This document shows positions 48,746 through 59,100 of a stretch of DNA of 64,000 nucleotides, one piece after another. This DNA is from a virus (taxonomy: Duplodnaviria > Caudoviricetes), in the IMG/VR virus record IMGVR_UViG_3300028832_000095, positions 137,896 to 201,895 of that record. One strand, 5' to 3'. Under the pieces are notes generated by a model. That model made no database searches. It worked only from the letters and a program-made list of their open reading frames with translations, and had not been told where the DNA came from. The position numbers and the translations under genes were made by a program. Each line of letters starts with the position of its first letter. Position 1 is the stretch's first letter.

Positions 48746-49135
48746 ATGATCTATGTTCCGGTTGATGTAAGGGAACCGATAGTAGGTAAACCATCTATTA
48801 GAATACAGAATGGACTAACTAATAACTTCCCAGAGATCGTTTTTGAACTTCACGATAAATGTAAATACTTTGATCTTGGTGATGATGTATCTTTAATGGC
48901 AGTTATAACAAATACATATGAAGAATCTGTTGTGTTTACTGGTGAACTAAGTATATTGAATCCACATAGAGGACAGATTCTATGCAAACTCAGCGCAAAA
49001 GACTTTACTAGAACAGGGTTAAACACTTTAACTATCTTATGTACTTCACAGAATTTTGACATTTCATTTCAAAAAACGGTATTTGTAGAATCCATAAGTG
49101 ATTCTATATTAGATATTATGGAAAGGGGAAGCTAA
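48746..49135 (+). CDS. BppU N-terminal-like (baseplate upper protein) domain protein
   Basis: I.QN..IVFEL..FDL..ILNP.RGQI..L..G pattern; GGAGG RBS. Confidence 0.5.
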   Translation: MIYVPVDVREPIVGKPSIRIQNGLTNNFPEIVFELHDKCKYFDLGDDVSLMAVITNTYEESVVFTGELSILNPHRGQILCKLSAKDFTRTGLNTLTILCTSQNFDISFQKTVFVESISDSILDIMERGS

Positions 49136-49137
49136 TT

Positions 49138-49527
49138 ATGAAAGAGTTTTTTATTGCGTTAGGATCAACGGTTGTTCTTATCATTCTTTCTAGTGTTCTT
49201 GTGGCGGTTGGTAGATTTGCCCATGTTCAGTTTGAAAGACTTAAACAAGCAACCGATAATGAAACATTAAAGAACCTTATATCTAAATTAGATTATATTG
49301 TTCAATTATGTGTAGAAGCAACCAATCAAAAGTTTGTGAATGATAAAAAGAAAACAGGAGAGTTTACAAAAGAAGATATGGAAGAAGCATTTACACAAAC
49401 TCTTAACAATATCACTAATATGCTAACAGATGAAGATAAGGAAATGATTATAAGCAATTTCGGTGATGTTAGCACCCTTATCTGTAATTCTATTGAATCT
49501 TATATTAAACAATCAAAAGACATTTAA
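49138..49527 (+). CDS. putative holin (LL-H-like)
   Basis: single N-terminal TM; VEATNQKFV..GEF..EAF..IESYI. Confidence 0.55.
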   Translation: MKEFFIALGSTVVLIILSSVLVAVGRFAHVQFERLKQATDNETLKNLISKLDYIVQLCVEATNQKFVNDKKKTGEFTKEDMEEAFTQTLNNITNMLTDEDKEMIISNFGDVSTLICNSIESYIKQSKDI

Positions 49528-49541
49528 GGAGTGTGACAATA

Positions 49542-49934
49542 ATGGATAATGAAAAGATTGTAGAAAAAGTCGCAGAACATGATGTTCGTATAGGAGTTCT
49601 TGAAAGAGATCACGCCCAGCTAGAAACAGATGTTAAAAAACTATCAGACATGAATGTTTCTATACATGATATGCTTGGCGAAATGAAAGCTATGAGAATT
49701 GAAACAAACGGCAAAATTGATACATTGGATACTAAGTTTGAAAATTTAACAACTGATGTGAAACAAGTAAAAACAGGATTATCTGAGGTATCAAATAAAG
49801 TCACAGAACTTGAGACAGTTCCGGATAAAAAAGATGCAAAACTCTTTAATGATATAAAGTATAAAATACTGTGGATCATTATAGCTGGAGCAGTAGGTTT
49901 TCTTTTAGCACAAGCATTTCCACAAATATTCTAA
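49542..49934 (+). CDS. XhlA-like / coiled-coil protein with C-terminal TM (lysis-associated)
   Basis: heptads then ILWIIIAGAVGFLLAQ. Confidence 0.55.
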   Translation: MDNEKIVEKVAEHDVRIGVLERDHAQLETDVKKLSDMNVSIHDMLGEMKAMRIETNGKIDTLDTKFENLTTDVKQVKTGLSEVSNKVTELETVPDKKDAKLFNDIKYKILWIIIAGAVGFLLAQAFPQIF

Positions 49935-49946
49935 GGAGAGGATTAT

Positions 49947-50249
49947 ATGGTTCGTCTATTAGAATATGAACAGTTGATACATGTTGATGCAAAAACAGAA
50001 TTGAAAAAAGCTACAATTCAGTATGCTTTGTATAATGCTCAATATACAAGAAGATATGCAAAGTTTTATACTGGAAAATATTATATCACAGTTTCATTCA
50101 ACCGTGATAATACAATTCAACTATCATCCAATTATCGTGTTGACATGAAGTTTAATAGAGACTTACAGCGATTGGAAGATCAAAAGTATACTCTTTATAA
50201 GACTACATACTTTATTTGGTATTGGATGAATAAACTAAGAAAACTATAA
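49947..50249 (+). CDS. hypothetical protein
   Basis: GGAGAGG RBS; MVRLLE start. Confidence 0.7.
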   Translation: MVRLLEYEQLIHVDAKTELKKATIQYALYNAQYTRRYAKFYTGKYYITVSFNRDNTIQLSSNYRVDMKFNRDLQRLEDQKYTLYKTTYFIWYWMNKLRKL

Positions 50250-50266
50250 GAAAGGATCTAGTTGCT

Positions 50267-50980
50267 ATGAATAAATTTATTACAAAGGTTTTCAAAGGCG
50301 CAGGAGTTAATGCAAAAGTGTCTAAAGATTCTAAAAATCCAAGATTTAAGGTAGTAGAGAATAAGCTAACACTTGAAGGCGTTGTGACTCCTACAAGATA
50401 TAAGATGACAATCACAGATAATACTGGTGCTGAGATTGATGAACTTTCTGTTTCTATTAAGAATAGCAATGATGTTGTAAATAGAATCAATGAATCTATT
50501 CAAACACTTCAAATGCTTTCTAAGGCATATGACCACAAGAAACTTGTCGAGGAAGATGAAGAGTTTGATACTGTCACAGTAGATGATGAAGAAGAAATTA
50601 TTGACGAAGAGCCAAAGGATATTGTTGATGGTCTTGCAGAAGTATATGAGGATGTTCTTGATATCGCTGAAAAAGTACAGTCTTTAACAGATCTTGTTGA
50701 TGATAACGATGCAGAAACAATTAACAACATTATCGGAATAACAAGTTCTTTATATGATTGTGCCATTGATATTGATGATTTCAAAATGGAGTTAGAGCCA
50801 GAGGAAGAAGAGGATATGGACGAATCCTTAAACAGAAAAAAGACTTCTTCCGGATATGTTAAGAATGTTATCAGTAACCTTACAATGTCTGAATCACTGC
50901 TTAGAGGAAACAAAGAACTTAGAGATATCTATAATGCTATAAAGGATATTAAATCAGAGTTGATAGTTAGGGGATATTGA
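50267..50980 (+). CDS. acidic helical protein (possible head core/scaffold-like)
   Basis: KKLVEE and MDESLNRKK motifs bracket an acidic helical segment. Confidence 0.6.
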   Translation: MNKFITKVFKGAGVNAKVSKDSKNPRFKVVENKLTLEGVVTPTRYKMTITDNTGAEIDELSVSIKNSNDVVNRINESIQTLQMLSKAYDHKKLVEEDEEFDTVTVDDEEEIIDEEPKDIVDGLAEVYEDVLDIAEKVQSLTDLVDDNDAETINNIIGITSSLYDCAIDIDDFKMELEPEEEEDMDESLNRKKTSSGYVKNVISNLTMSESLLRGNKELRDIYNAIKDIKSELIVRGY

Positions 50981-50982
50981 TT

Positions 50983-51414
50983 ATGATCTTCTTAAATCAT
51001 GAGGAAGAACCTGTTGTTACAATAAACAAAGACATGGTTCTTGATTATAAACAAACAGGTGACGATTGTTTAGTTGGAATTAAAAGAGAACTTTCTAAGC
51101 AGCTCGTATACTATATCTTATATACAGACCTACAAGAAGTGAATGCTTCATTTGGAACAATTATTGAAAAATTGCTTGATAATAAGTATTTAGATGTTCG
51201 TGATCTGGATAAAGACATAGCGAAACTAGATAAGAACTGCAAGGCTTTATTAAAAAGCTGTGATGGTTTTGTTGAAGAATATGTTATCGAAAATGTAAAA
51301 ATATGGGTTGATAGACTTCTCCTTTGTGTTTCAAAGTTGAAGTATATCCTTGATAAGTTCTGTACTGATAATTCGGAGGGAGTATTTAGAAATGAAGTTC
51401 GTCCAGTTTTCTAA
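50983..51414 (+). CDS. hypothetical protein
   Basis: AGGGG RBS. Confidence 0.65.
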   Translation: MIFLNHEEEPVVTINKDMVLDYKQTGDDCLVGIKRELSKQLVYYILYTDLQEVNASFGTIIEKLLDNKYLDVRDLDKDIAKLDKNCKALLKSCDGFVEEYVIENVKIWVDRLLLCVSKLKYILDKFCTDNSEGVFRNEVRPVF

Positions 51415-51610
51415 TATGCCTGTAAAGGTAAGAATCAAATGGGTTCAGGATAAACTAATTAAGTTCGGTTATTTGTCTGAAGGGGAGAGTGTTCCATTTA
51501 AAAGAGATAAAAAATATATCAAAGCTCTTATGAGATTTCAAGATAATCATGGAATGACCCCTAATGCAGATATAACCGAACCTCTTTTTGATAAATTAAA
51601 CTATAATTAA
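51392..51610 (+). CDS. stand-alone peptidoglycan-binding domain protein
   Basis: IKWVQDKLIKFGYL..KALMRFQDNHGM..I..L. Confidence 0.65.
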   Translation: MKFVQFSNMPVKVRIKWVQDKLIKFGYLSEGESVPFKRDKKYIKALMRFQDNHGMTPNADITEPLFDKLNYN

Positions 51611-51630
51611 ATCAAAGGAGGATAATTTAA

Positions 51631-52011
51631 GTGAGATTCAATAAAAGGTTTAATAAGTTTTATGATAAAAAACTTAAAGAAGCAGATGATGCTGAAATTG
51701 AAAATGATGAGATAGAAGAAATTGAAGATGTGATTGAGGAACTTGATATTGAAGCGGTACTTGAAGAAATAGCAGATAAACTAGGATTTGATTATACAAG
51801 TTCTAATGGATCTGGATCATATTCTATTTCAGATAATGTTGAAGTTCGTGTTAGATTTACACCAAAGAAGATTTCAAGAATTCAAACTGTTATTCTTAAA
51901 AATCCGGCAAGATTTGATTGTACTAAAAATACAACAACAGTTGATAATTTATCAGTAGAACTACAAACAAGTGTTCTTATTATAAAAGAAATAAAACAAA
52001 AACTTATGTAA
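51631..52011 (+). CDS. hypothetical protein, basic leader then acidic segment
   Basis: AGGAGG RBS, GTG start; KKLKEA. Confidence 0.7.
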   Translation: MRFNKRFNKFYDKKLKEADDAEIENDEIEEIEDVIEELDIEAVLEEIADKLGFDYTSSNGSGSYSISDNVEVRVRFTPKKISRIQTVILKNPARFDCTKNTTTVDNLSVELQTSVLIIKEIKQKLM

Positions 52012-52020
52012 TGGGGTGTT

Positions 52021-53010
52021 ATGATGAAACTTGTGTTTGAAGATTTTGAAAGCACAACTTCTATTGGAACAGAAGATAATCCTCTTTCAGTTTTTGAACA
52101 AGGGGATTTTGTGCAATACGGTGATTATGTCGATATAGCATCTGCTATGGAACCAATTGCAGATGCATCAAGTGTATACGAAGATTTAGAAGCTATTGGA
52201 TTTGTACTTATGTTAGCATCTAACGATATTCATACAATTCATATCAATGCCCACGGTAAGGATTTTACAAGACTTCACCTTGAAACAGATGAATTGTATA
52301 AACAGTTAAATGAGTACAGCGATACTTGCTTAGAGATGTGTTGTGAGGATGGACACTTTATTCACAATCTCAACAATGCAAAAGATTGCTTAACTCAGTG
52401 GAGTATTGAAGTTCCTGACTGTGAAGGTTTTACTCTTATAGACGGGATTCGTGTTACAACGGAAATTCTTAATAATGTTATTGTTGCTATTTCAGAGGTA
52501 TATAATGATTGCACAACAGATGTTCAGTCTACATTAGATGAGTGGTTACGCTATCTAAATTCTAAGATGAACTATTTCCTCGGAAGAATTTTACAGGAAA
52601 GCAAAAAGCGTACAAATGAAAGTATGATGAACAGAAACACAAGACATGATAAAAAGAAATGTGTTTGTGAACATCTTGATTATCTGAAATTAGGTCAGCC
52701 TTATAAGATGTTCTGTCAGGTGGAAGACCATATTGATGATTATAATTGTGATACTGTTTCACTTAAACCGGGTGATTTCATTATAAGAGATTTCCAATTT
52801 GGTCACTTGCCAAACGGAGGAAATAAAGGTTATATACCATATGAAGTAATTGATATTGAATATGATAGAGATGATGATAACGGCGGTTATTGGGATGCAA
52901 GAAAAAGACTTCACCTTTATGACGGAGAAGAAGATTTCTACATTGAGTGCTATAATGAAAGATTCAATGGTATGTTCCATAAACTGAAAAAGAGTTCTGT
53001 TAAGGAGTGA
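52021..53010 (+). CDS. Dps/ferritin-like domain fused to a second module
   Basis: HINAHGKDFTRLHLETDELY..SDTCLE resembles the Dps ferroxidase signature; MMKLVFE leader. Confidence 0.65.
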   Translation: MMKLVFEDFESTTSIGTEDNPLSVFEQGDFVQYGDYVDIASAMEPIADASSVYEDLEAIGFVLMLASNDIHTIHINAHGKDFTRLHLETDELYKQLNEYSDTCLEMCCEDGHFIHNLNNAKDCLTQWSIEVPDCEGFTLIDGIRVTTEILNNVIVAISEVYNDCTTDVQSTLDEWLRYLNSKMNYFLGRILQESKKRTNESMMNRNTRHDKKKCVCEHLDYLKLGQPYKMFCQVEDHIDDYNCDTVSLKPGDFIIRDFQFGHLPNGGNKGYIPYEVIDIEYDRDDDNGGYWDARKRLHLYDGEEDFYIECYNERFNGMFHKLKKSSVKE

Positions 53011-53016
53011 TCTACT

Positions 53017-53250
53017 ATGAAAATAATGGGAGAAGAATTTTTTGATAAGGATGATTTTTCTTCCTTAGTACGAGACATTTATGATATGTTAAACGAAATA
53101 GAAAAAAGATCCCGTAAATATGAAAAATCCATTCGAACTGAAATTCGACTTGGTTTTGATCCAGACCCACAGGACGATGATCTAAAGAAACTAGACTTTA
53201 TTCATAACAACCTACTCGGTATTATAGAAGAGCTTGATGAAAGGGAGTAA
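53017..53250 (+). CDS. hypothetical protein
   Basis: AAGGAG RBS. Confidence 0.65.
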   Translation: MKIMGEEFFDKDDFSSLVRDIYDMLNEIEKRSRKYEKSIRTEIRLGFDPDPQDDDLKKLDFIHNNLLGIIEELDERE

Positions 53251-53256
53251 TTTATT

Positions 53257-53817
53257 ATGACTGAGTATGTAGCAGAAACAAGGATTTTTCTAAAAGAATA
53301 TACAGACGAAAGAGTAGATTATTATTGTGAAAAAGGTTATGTACCTACTGAGGAAGAAGTTATTGTTGACATTTATGAAGATCTAACTCCTATGTCTTAT
53401 GACGAAGCACAATTATATAATCGTTCTGGAGTAGAAATTCTAAGTGTTGACGATTTAGCAAAGAACATTCAAAATCTAGTTTCTTTCAATCTAGATGAAA
53501 TTGATGAAAGCCTCAAACTTAAAATTCGTGAAGAGGTGGAATATACAGATACTATAGACGCTATCTATGATATCCTAAAAAGAAAATATAGAAACGATGA
53601 TAGATTTGTAGAAATTAAAGTAGTAAATAAACCAAGAAGAGCGGTTCATGTTGAAACAGAAAAAGAAATCGAAGACGGAGAAACCTTTAATATGGACAGA
53701 TATATCTATGTAGATGATTCTGATAGAATCACTATGGTTTCAAAAGATGATAAAACAAGAAAATTCGTAGATGTCGAAGCCGTTTCAGATTTCTTTGACG
53801 AATATCTAAATTCATAA
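53257..53817 (+). CDS. acidic two-module protein
   Basis: internal IDESLKLKIREE. Confidence 0.7.
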   Translation: MTEYVAETRIFLKEYTDERVDYYCEKGYVPTEEEVIVDIYEDLTPMSYDEAQLYNRSGVEILSVDDLAKNIQNLVSFNLDEIDESLKLKIREEVEYTDTIDAIYDILKRKYRNDDRFVEIKVVNKPRRAVHVETEKEIEDGETFNMDRYIYVDDSDRITMVSKDDKTRKFVDVEAVSDFFDEYLNS

Positions 53818-53821
53818 GGTC

Positions 53822-54046
53822 GTGACTAAATTGATATGTAAACATTGTGGGTGCGAAACATCTACTGTAATTTGTCATAATTGTGGAATCAATGTTGTTT
53901 GGTATAATAAATACGGTCAGTTAAACGATGATATTGAATCTGGGGAACTTGATCTTCTTTCGTATCTCAACAAAGATTCCACAGAAAAACCTAAAATAGA
54001 GGAAGTTGTAAAAGAAGTATTTAATCCAGATGGTTCTGGAGATTAA
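53822..54046 (+). CDS. zinc-ribbon protein
   Basis: CKHCG..CHNCG. Confidence 0.6.
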   Translation: MTKLICKHCGCETSTVICHNCGINVVWYNKYGQLNDDIESGELDLLSYLNKDSTEKPKIEEVVKEVFNPDGSGD

Positions 54047-54065
54047 GAAAGGGTGTAAAACTATT

Positions 54066-55103
54066 ATGGATACATACGAGATTATCTACGATTATTGTGA
54101 TGAAGACGGTTACGAGGAAACAGATTGTTCTGAAGAGTTTACTGGCACTTGGTCTGAGTTACAGGATTATATTAAAAAAATGAGAAGAAATGGTTGTTAC
54201 AACATTGATGCTAATTCTATTACGCAAGGTTTCGAAGAAAATGACTATTATGAGTCTGTTAGAAAACCTATGAAACTTAGAATAACGGAATCCGAAGAGT
54301 CCCTATGTGATAAAGTAATGGAAGTAAATGATAATGCTGGTTTCTGGACTAGAGAAGATGAGTTCGTCGAAGATATGGAAAATGCTGGACTAGAAGTCAC
54401 TGAATTCAATTATGAATATGCAACTATTGAAGATGATGACGAATGGTGTCAAGTAGATTTCATTAGAGCTAACGATACATTTACTATCGGAAATATTCGT
54501 AGGTGTGAAGAAAAGACTTGGGAAGAAAGTTATAGTATTAAGGAAGCATTTAGCAGTGATGATGATTTAGAAGATCTTATACAGTCCTTTGAACAGGAGT
54601 ACGATAGTTCTGTAACATCTATCAACTCTGCAAAACTTCCAACTATTTTTGGACTTGTTCAAAAACTCGGAGGGTTTAAGGAAGGAACTATGAATTTGGA
54701 TTTTGGTGGAGGTCGTTTTGATAATGTTGCACAATATCTAAAAGATTATGATGTCCTAAACTTAGTATACGATCCTTTCAACAGAACAAAAGAACATAAC
54801 AAAGATGTATTAGATTTTGTAAAGAAAAACGGCGGCGCTGATACTGTTACATGCTCAAATGTTCTTAATGTCATTAAAGAGCCCGAAAATAGACTTGCTG
54901 TGATTAGGAACTGTGATAGACTTGTAAAATCTGGTGGAACTGTTTATTTTACAGTATATGAAGGTTCTGGTTCCGGAGAGGGTAAGGCAGACGATAAGAG
55001 AAAGTCTTATCAAACAAATATGAAAACGGCAGATTATCAGTCTGAGTTAGAACAAGTATTTTCCGATGTTAAGAGAAAAGGAAAATTATTTATTTGTAAA
55101 TAA
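54066..55103 (+). CDS. three-module protein ending in a class I SAM-dependent methyltransferase
   Basis: NLDFGGGRFD, YDPFN, VTCSNVLNVI, GGTVYFTVYEG; linkers YESVRKPMKLRITES and WEESYSIKEA. Confidence 0.8.
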   Translation: MDTYEIIYDYCDEDGYEETDCSEEFTGTWSELQDYIKKMRRNGCYNIDANSITQGFEENDYYESVRKPMKLRITESEESLCDKVMEVNDNAGFWTREDEFVEDMENAGLEVTEFNYEYATIEDDDEWCQVDFIRANDTFTIGNIRRCEEKTWEESYSIKEAFSSDDDLEDLIQSFEQEYDSSVTSINSAKLPTIFGLVQKLGGFKEGTMNLDFGGGRFDNVAQYLKDYDVLNLVYDPFNRTKEHNKDVLDFVKKNGGADTVTCSNVLNVIKEPENRLAVIRNCDRLVKSGGTVYFTVYEGSGSGEGKADDKRKSYQTNMKTADYQSELEQVFSDVKRKGKLFICK

Positions 55104-55140
55104 TAAATATTTATTAAAACAAAAATATTTATAAATACTA

Positions 55141-55169
55141 TTGACAAATCTATATAATTGTGTTATACT
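55141..55169 (+). promoter_or_regulatory. sigmaA-type promoter
   Basis: TTGACA-17nt-TATACT with TG extension. Confidence 0.85.
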
Positions 55170-55217
55170 ATATTTAGTGTAACACAATTATATAGGGGTA
55201 GAAAGGAAGAAAATATT

Positions 55218-55469
55218 ATGATTAGACTAATTAGAGAAAATGAAGATAAGTGGTTTCAGGATACTTTAACAGTTGTTCTTGATTATTTTAATAAAAAGCA
55301 ATGGGATACTAATATTCCAGAAGTCATGAATTATGCAGAAGCCGTTGCAGAACAACTCAATAGAGACCCTGATTGGATTGACGGTAATTATACTATAAGA
55401 GATTGGTATAGAGATACATATAGAAATTATCCAGAAGAGATTGAATGGTTAGATTCTACGACTTACTGA
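55218..55469 (+). CDS. hypothetical protein with MIRLIRE leader
   Basis: AAGGA RBS. Confidence 0.7.
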   Translation: MIRLIRENEDKWFQDTLTVVLDYFNKKQWDTNIPEVMNYAEAVAEQLNRDPDWIDGNYTIRDWYRDTYRNYPEEIEWLDSTTY

Positions 55470-55493
55470 TATTAAAATAAAAGAGGTGTTATT

Positions 55494-56156
55494 ATGATTA
55501 AAATTATCAAAGAATCCTATTCCTATGATAACCAAAGAATAATGGATATACTGGATAAAATTGAATTTACTAACGATGATAGGAAAATCAATAAAGCATA
55601 TGATTTTGTAAATCATGCTTGCAGTAATATTGATGATTGTATAGAAAGTGGTTTTTATGATTTATCCGAAGCTGATTGGGCATACGGTACAGATTATATT
55701 ATTGAAGAACTTACTGATATTTTGAATGAATCTACTAGCAGATCTGTCTATACTAAAAGATCAAAAGGTAGAAGAGTTGTGGAATCTACAAATGGTAATA
55801 GAATGGTAATCACAGTTTCTAGTGGAATTAGTGCAGATGGTTTCAGTATTACTGTCACAGATAGACAAGATAACGTAGTATTCAAAGATTCTTATAGCTA
55901 TGGTTACAATGCCAGCCACGATAGAAAGTATGCAGAGTTTGCTCATAATGATGTTGTTAATGCCAAAAAGTATGGTTGGAAAGGTAGTTATACAGAACAA
56001 CCTTATGTAACAGATATTATAAATGATCTTCTCACAAAGTACAATATAGATAAGGAAGATATAGAGGTTACATCCGGAAGAAATACTTTTAGAGGGCAGA
56101 ATGTAGATTCTAAAGATGTAGATAGATTTGTTGATAAATATATCTCTCAACTTTGA
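55494..56156 (+). CDS. two-module protein with MIKIIKES leader
   Basis: internal ILNES..KGRRVVES. Confidence 0.75.
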   Translation: MIKIIKESYSYDNQRIMDILDKIEFTNDDRKINKAYDFVNHACSNIDDCIESGFYDLSEADWAYGTDYIIEELTDILNESTSRSVYTKRSKGRRVVESTNGNRMVITVSSGISADGFSITVTDRQDNVVFKDSYSYGYNASHDRKYAEFAHNDVVNAKKYGWKGSYTEQPYVTDIINDLLTKYNIDKEDIEVTSGRNTFRGQNVDSKDVDRFVDKYISQL

Positions 56157-56180
56157 TGTATTGGAAAGAAGTGATCAAGT

Positions 56181-56744
56181 ATGAAACTTATATTTGAAGG
56201 TAAAAATAAATACCGTGTATGGTATAGACCTTATTCATATCCAGATGAAGAAGATTTTATTGATGTTACAGCAAATACAGAACAAGAAGCCGTAGAATTT
56301 GCAAGAACATTAGGGTATGAAACAGAAGTGGAATTAAAAGAAGAATCTATTACAGAGGGTGTCGAAAACAAAGATATAATGGATCTTCTTACTTCTGAAA
56401 GAGTAGATCTTATGATCAAAGCATGGCAAAATTTAACAGGTTCCCTTAGCATGGAAAAGTGTTTACAGTATTTTGAAAAACTTGGTTACGATTGTTCTGG
56501 GTATACTAATGAAGAATTTAATCGTGTTTGGGATTTAGCTTGTGATGAATTTGATAATAGATATGGTGTCGAAGAAGAGGAAGAGGATTCCGTTGATGGA
56601 ATCGAAACCAAAGAAGATGCTTATCGTTGGTTACAAGATAAATTAGAAGAGTATGGAAATACATATCATTTTCCAAATGAGGACAGATATAAGTTAGACA
56701 GACTTATTGATAAGTTTGGTTCTACTTATTTCTGGAGAAGATAA
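56181..56744 (+). CDS. acidic multi-module protein with MKLIFE leader
   Basis: internal LKEESITEG. Confidence 0.75.
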   Translation: MKLIFEGKNKYRVWYRPYSYPDEEDFIDVTANTEQEAVEFARTLGYETEVELKEESITEGVENKDIMDLLTSERVDLMIKAWQNLTGSLSMEKCLQYFEKLGYDCSGYTNEEFNRVWDLACDEFDNRYGVEEEEEDSVDGIETKEDAYRWLQDKLEEYGNTYHFPNEDRYKLDRLIDKFGSTYFWRR

Positions 56745-56769
56745 TAATAGAAAGGAGCTGTATTGAACA

Positions 56770-56988
56770 ATGATTAAACTTAAAGATTTTTGTAATTCTG
56801 TCAACCTCAATACAACTTTAAATGTTTATATTAAAGGTGAGGATGAACCTACATATCAGTATATCACTGCCTATGAACTTAAACAGGAAGTTCCAAAACT
56901 TGCCAGAGAAATTGGTCTTCGTTATATTTGTATGATTGACTGTTTGGATAAAGATGTTGATATGTCTATTGAACTTTGTACGGGTTGA
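56770..56988 (+). CDS. MIKLKDF-family small protein
   Basis: paralog of 58078 and the 58317 N-terminus. Confidence 0.7.
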   Translation: MIKLKDFCNSVNLNTTLNVYIKGEDEPTYQYITAYELKQEVPKLAREIGLRYICMIDCLDKDVDMSIELCTG

Positions 56989-56999
56989 GGTGTTTTAGT

Positions 57000-57472
57000 A
57001 TGATTAAACTTATAATGGAAAATTTAAGTGACAAAGATCTTCTAGACCAATTAAATTCATTAACTAGGTATGAGGGGTCAGGAAAATTCCTTACAAGGAA
57101 ATAAAGGTATGGGAAAAGATATTGAACCAATTTGATGTTGGAACCGTTATTGCTATGGACACACACGGGGGTTATGAATGTTTTTATAAGGTTTCTGATG
57201 AGTACGATGGATGGAAACACGCCTGTCTGCACCCACCACATATTTCGGTTGTTACAACTTTTGATGTAGCGAGGAATTTGGGCGGCAGCGCATGGGTGAC
57301 AGATAATAAGAATTTTTATTTGGACAGTTTGGAGAAGTTTGAAAAGATAGCGGACTTATATTATCACAGGGATTCAAATGCTGGATCAGGCTATAATTTT
57401 TTTTTGGACCCTCTGATAAAAGAAATTTTGGTCAAAAGAAAGGTTTTTATGGATTTTAATAGCCTGGGTTGA
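57000..57472 (+). CDS. hypothetical protein with MIKLIME leader, apparent frameshift in G4 run 57074-57077
   Basis: GAGG RBS before ATG 57000; one added G joins the downstream open frame. Confidence 0.55.
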
Positions 57473-57512
57473 ATTTACCTACAGAATTATAGAGAAAGGA
57501 ATTTTAATTACT

Positions 57513-58055
57513 ATGAAACTTATTTTTGAAAAAAGACTAACCCCGGAGGAGGTTTATTCCCTTTCTAAGGGTCAGTGTTATGATTTTGAAGAATATGTAG
57601 AAGATAATTTAATGAGTTTTTATGACTATGAAATCCCAGAAGATTTTCATCTTTGTTCTTTTTCTGAATATAAAAAGATAAGTGATAAACTTGAAAGATT
57701 TTTGAAAAGTAAGAAAATTGATTTAAGTTACGATAGTATGAATCTTCCTTATTTCGGGATTAAAATTGGTGGAAATTCGGGTGGTATTGCCAGTGATTTT
57801 CTTAGAGGGATAATTAAGATTTCATGGAAACAAATTAACTTAGGTGAATTAGATAATATTCAAATAAATAAAGTATATACAAGAGATAAGTATGGTTTTT
57901 GTGTTCCAGCAACACCTAGAGAAATTAAAATTGTAAACTCTTTTCAAGATGTTGGAATTGGTTCTCGGGCATCTGTAATAGAAACGAAAACAAAATTGTA
58001 TGTAGATGATGACAATAATATCCTTGTTTCTACTTCTTCCTTTACATGGGATTAA
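57513..58055 (+). CDS. hypothetical protein with MKLIFE leader
   Basis: 180 aa. Confidence 0.75.
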   Translation: MKLIFEKRLTPEEVYSLSKGQCYDFEEYVEDNLMSFYDYEIPEDFHLCSFSEYKKISDKLERFLKSKKIDLSYDSMNLPYFGIKIGGNSGGIASDFLRGIIKISWKQINLGELDNIQINKVYTRDKYGFCVPATPREIKIVNSFQDVGIGSRASVIETKTKLYVDDDNNILVSTSSFTWD

Positions 58056-58077
58056 AAAAATATTGAAGGTGATAACT

Positions 58078-58299
58078 ATGATTAAACTTAAAGATTTTAT
58101 TGATATGTGTTCTATATCGTTTCTTTTATATGTCTATGATACAGATGACCAATTAGAAGATAGTGTTTGGAACGGATATTCTGTCAACCTTTTAAAGGAT
58201 CTTGATAACAGAGATTTATTGGACTGTTATATTACAGAGTGGGGAATGACTGACGAAGGTACTAATGAATTTATTATCTGGGTTAATGTTGAAAGATAA
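58078..58299 (+). CDS. MIKLKDF-family small protein
   Basis: AGGTGA RBS. Confidence 0.7.
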   Translation: MIKLKDFIDMCSISFLLYVYDTDDQLEDSVWNGYSVNLLKDLDNRDLLDCYITEWGMTDEGTNEFIIWVNVER

Positions 58300-58316
58300 A
58301 AAAGAGGTGTTTTAGT

Positions 58317-59099
58317 ATGATTAAACTTAAAGAGTTTTTAGATACTTGTGATTTTGTTCCTTATTTAACTATTTACACTCTAGAAGAGGAAGGTCCTGTT
58401 TTTGAAGGGGATGCAAAATTACTTTATAAGCGTCCGGCATACAAACAGCTTTTGACATCCTCTATTGAAAATTGGGGAAACTCTACCGACATTAGAGATC
58501 GCATGGCTTTTTGGGTTACACTTGATGTTATCGATTTTATTCCTTTTGATGAAAGTTACAAATCAAAGGAGAAATTAGCGATTAAAGAGTCCGATGATAA
58601 AATCACGGCAAAGAATTTTCAAGAGCTTATTGATAAGCTAGAAGATCATGGGTACTCCTGTGGACATTATTATGATGTTGATTGTCCAGATGATAATTGG
58701 CTTTATATCACTAAAAATGGGGATCCCTACGAAGCAGAGTTTTACAGATACAGTGATGGAGAGTATGAACTTTATTTAAGAAATATTCATCCCACAAAGG
58801 AAAGAACAGAAGGATGTCACGGAAAGAAAACGAAAAAGAAGTCTAAAAGAATAAAGGAAGATTCTTATGATGATATTCTTCAACCCAAAACATTTTATAT
58901 AAGAGATGTATGGGATGATGATTTATACGATATTAACGATTATGCTGAAACACTAGGTTTTTCTATGGATCAATTTGAATATGATGGAAAAGATCTTAAA
59001 ATAACTTACGATGCCTATGACAGATTAGGTTATGAAAAATGTGCTAAACTGTATAACTGGTATATAGAAAATATTTATCCGGAACACGAGGAGTATTGA
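58317..59099 (+). CDS. three-module protein
   Basis: MIKLKEF module; linkers FDESYKSKEKLAIKES and RTEG..KKSKRIKED. Confidence 0.75.
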   Translation: MIKLKEFLDTCDFVPYLTIYTLEEEGPVFEGDAKLLYKRPAYKQLLTSSIENWGNSTDIRDRMAFWVTLDVIDFIPFDESYKSKEKLAIKESDDKITAKNFQELIDKLEDHGYSCGHYYDVDCPDDNWLYITKNGDPYEAEFYRYSDGEYELYLRNIHPTKERTEGCHGKKTKKKSKRIKEDSYDDILQPKTFYIRDVWDDDLYDINDYAETLGFSMDQFEYDGKDLKITYDAYDRLGYEKCAKLYNWYIENIYPEHEEY

Positions 59100-59100
59100 T

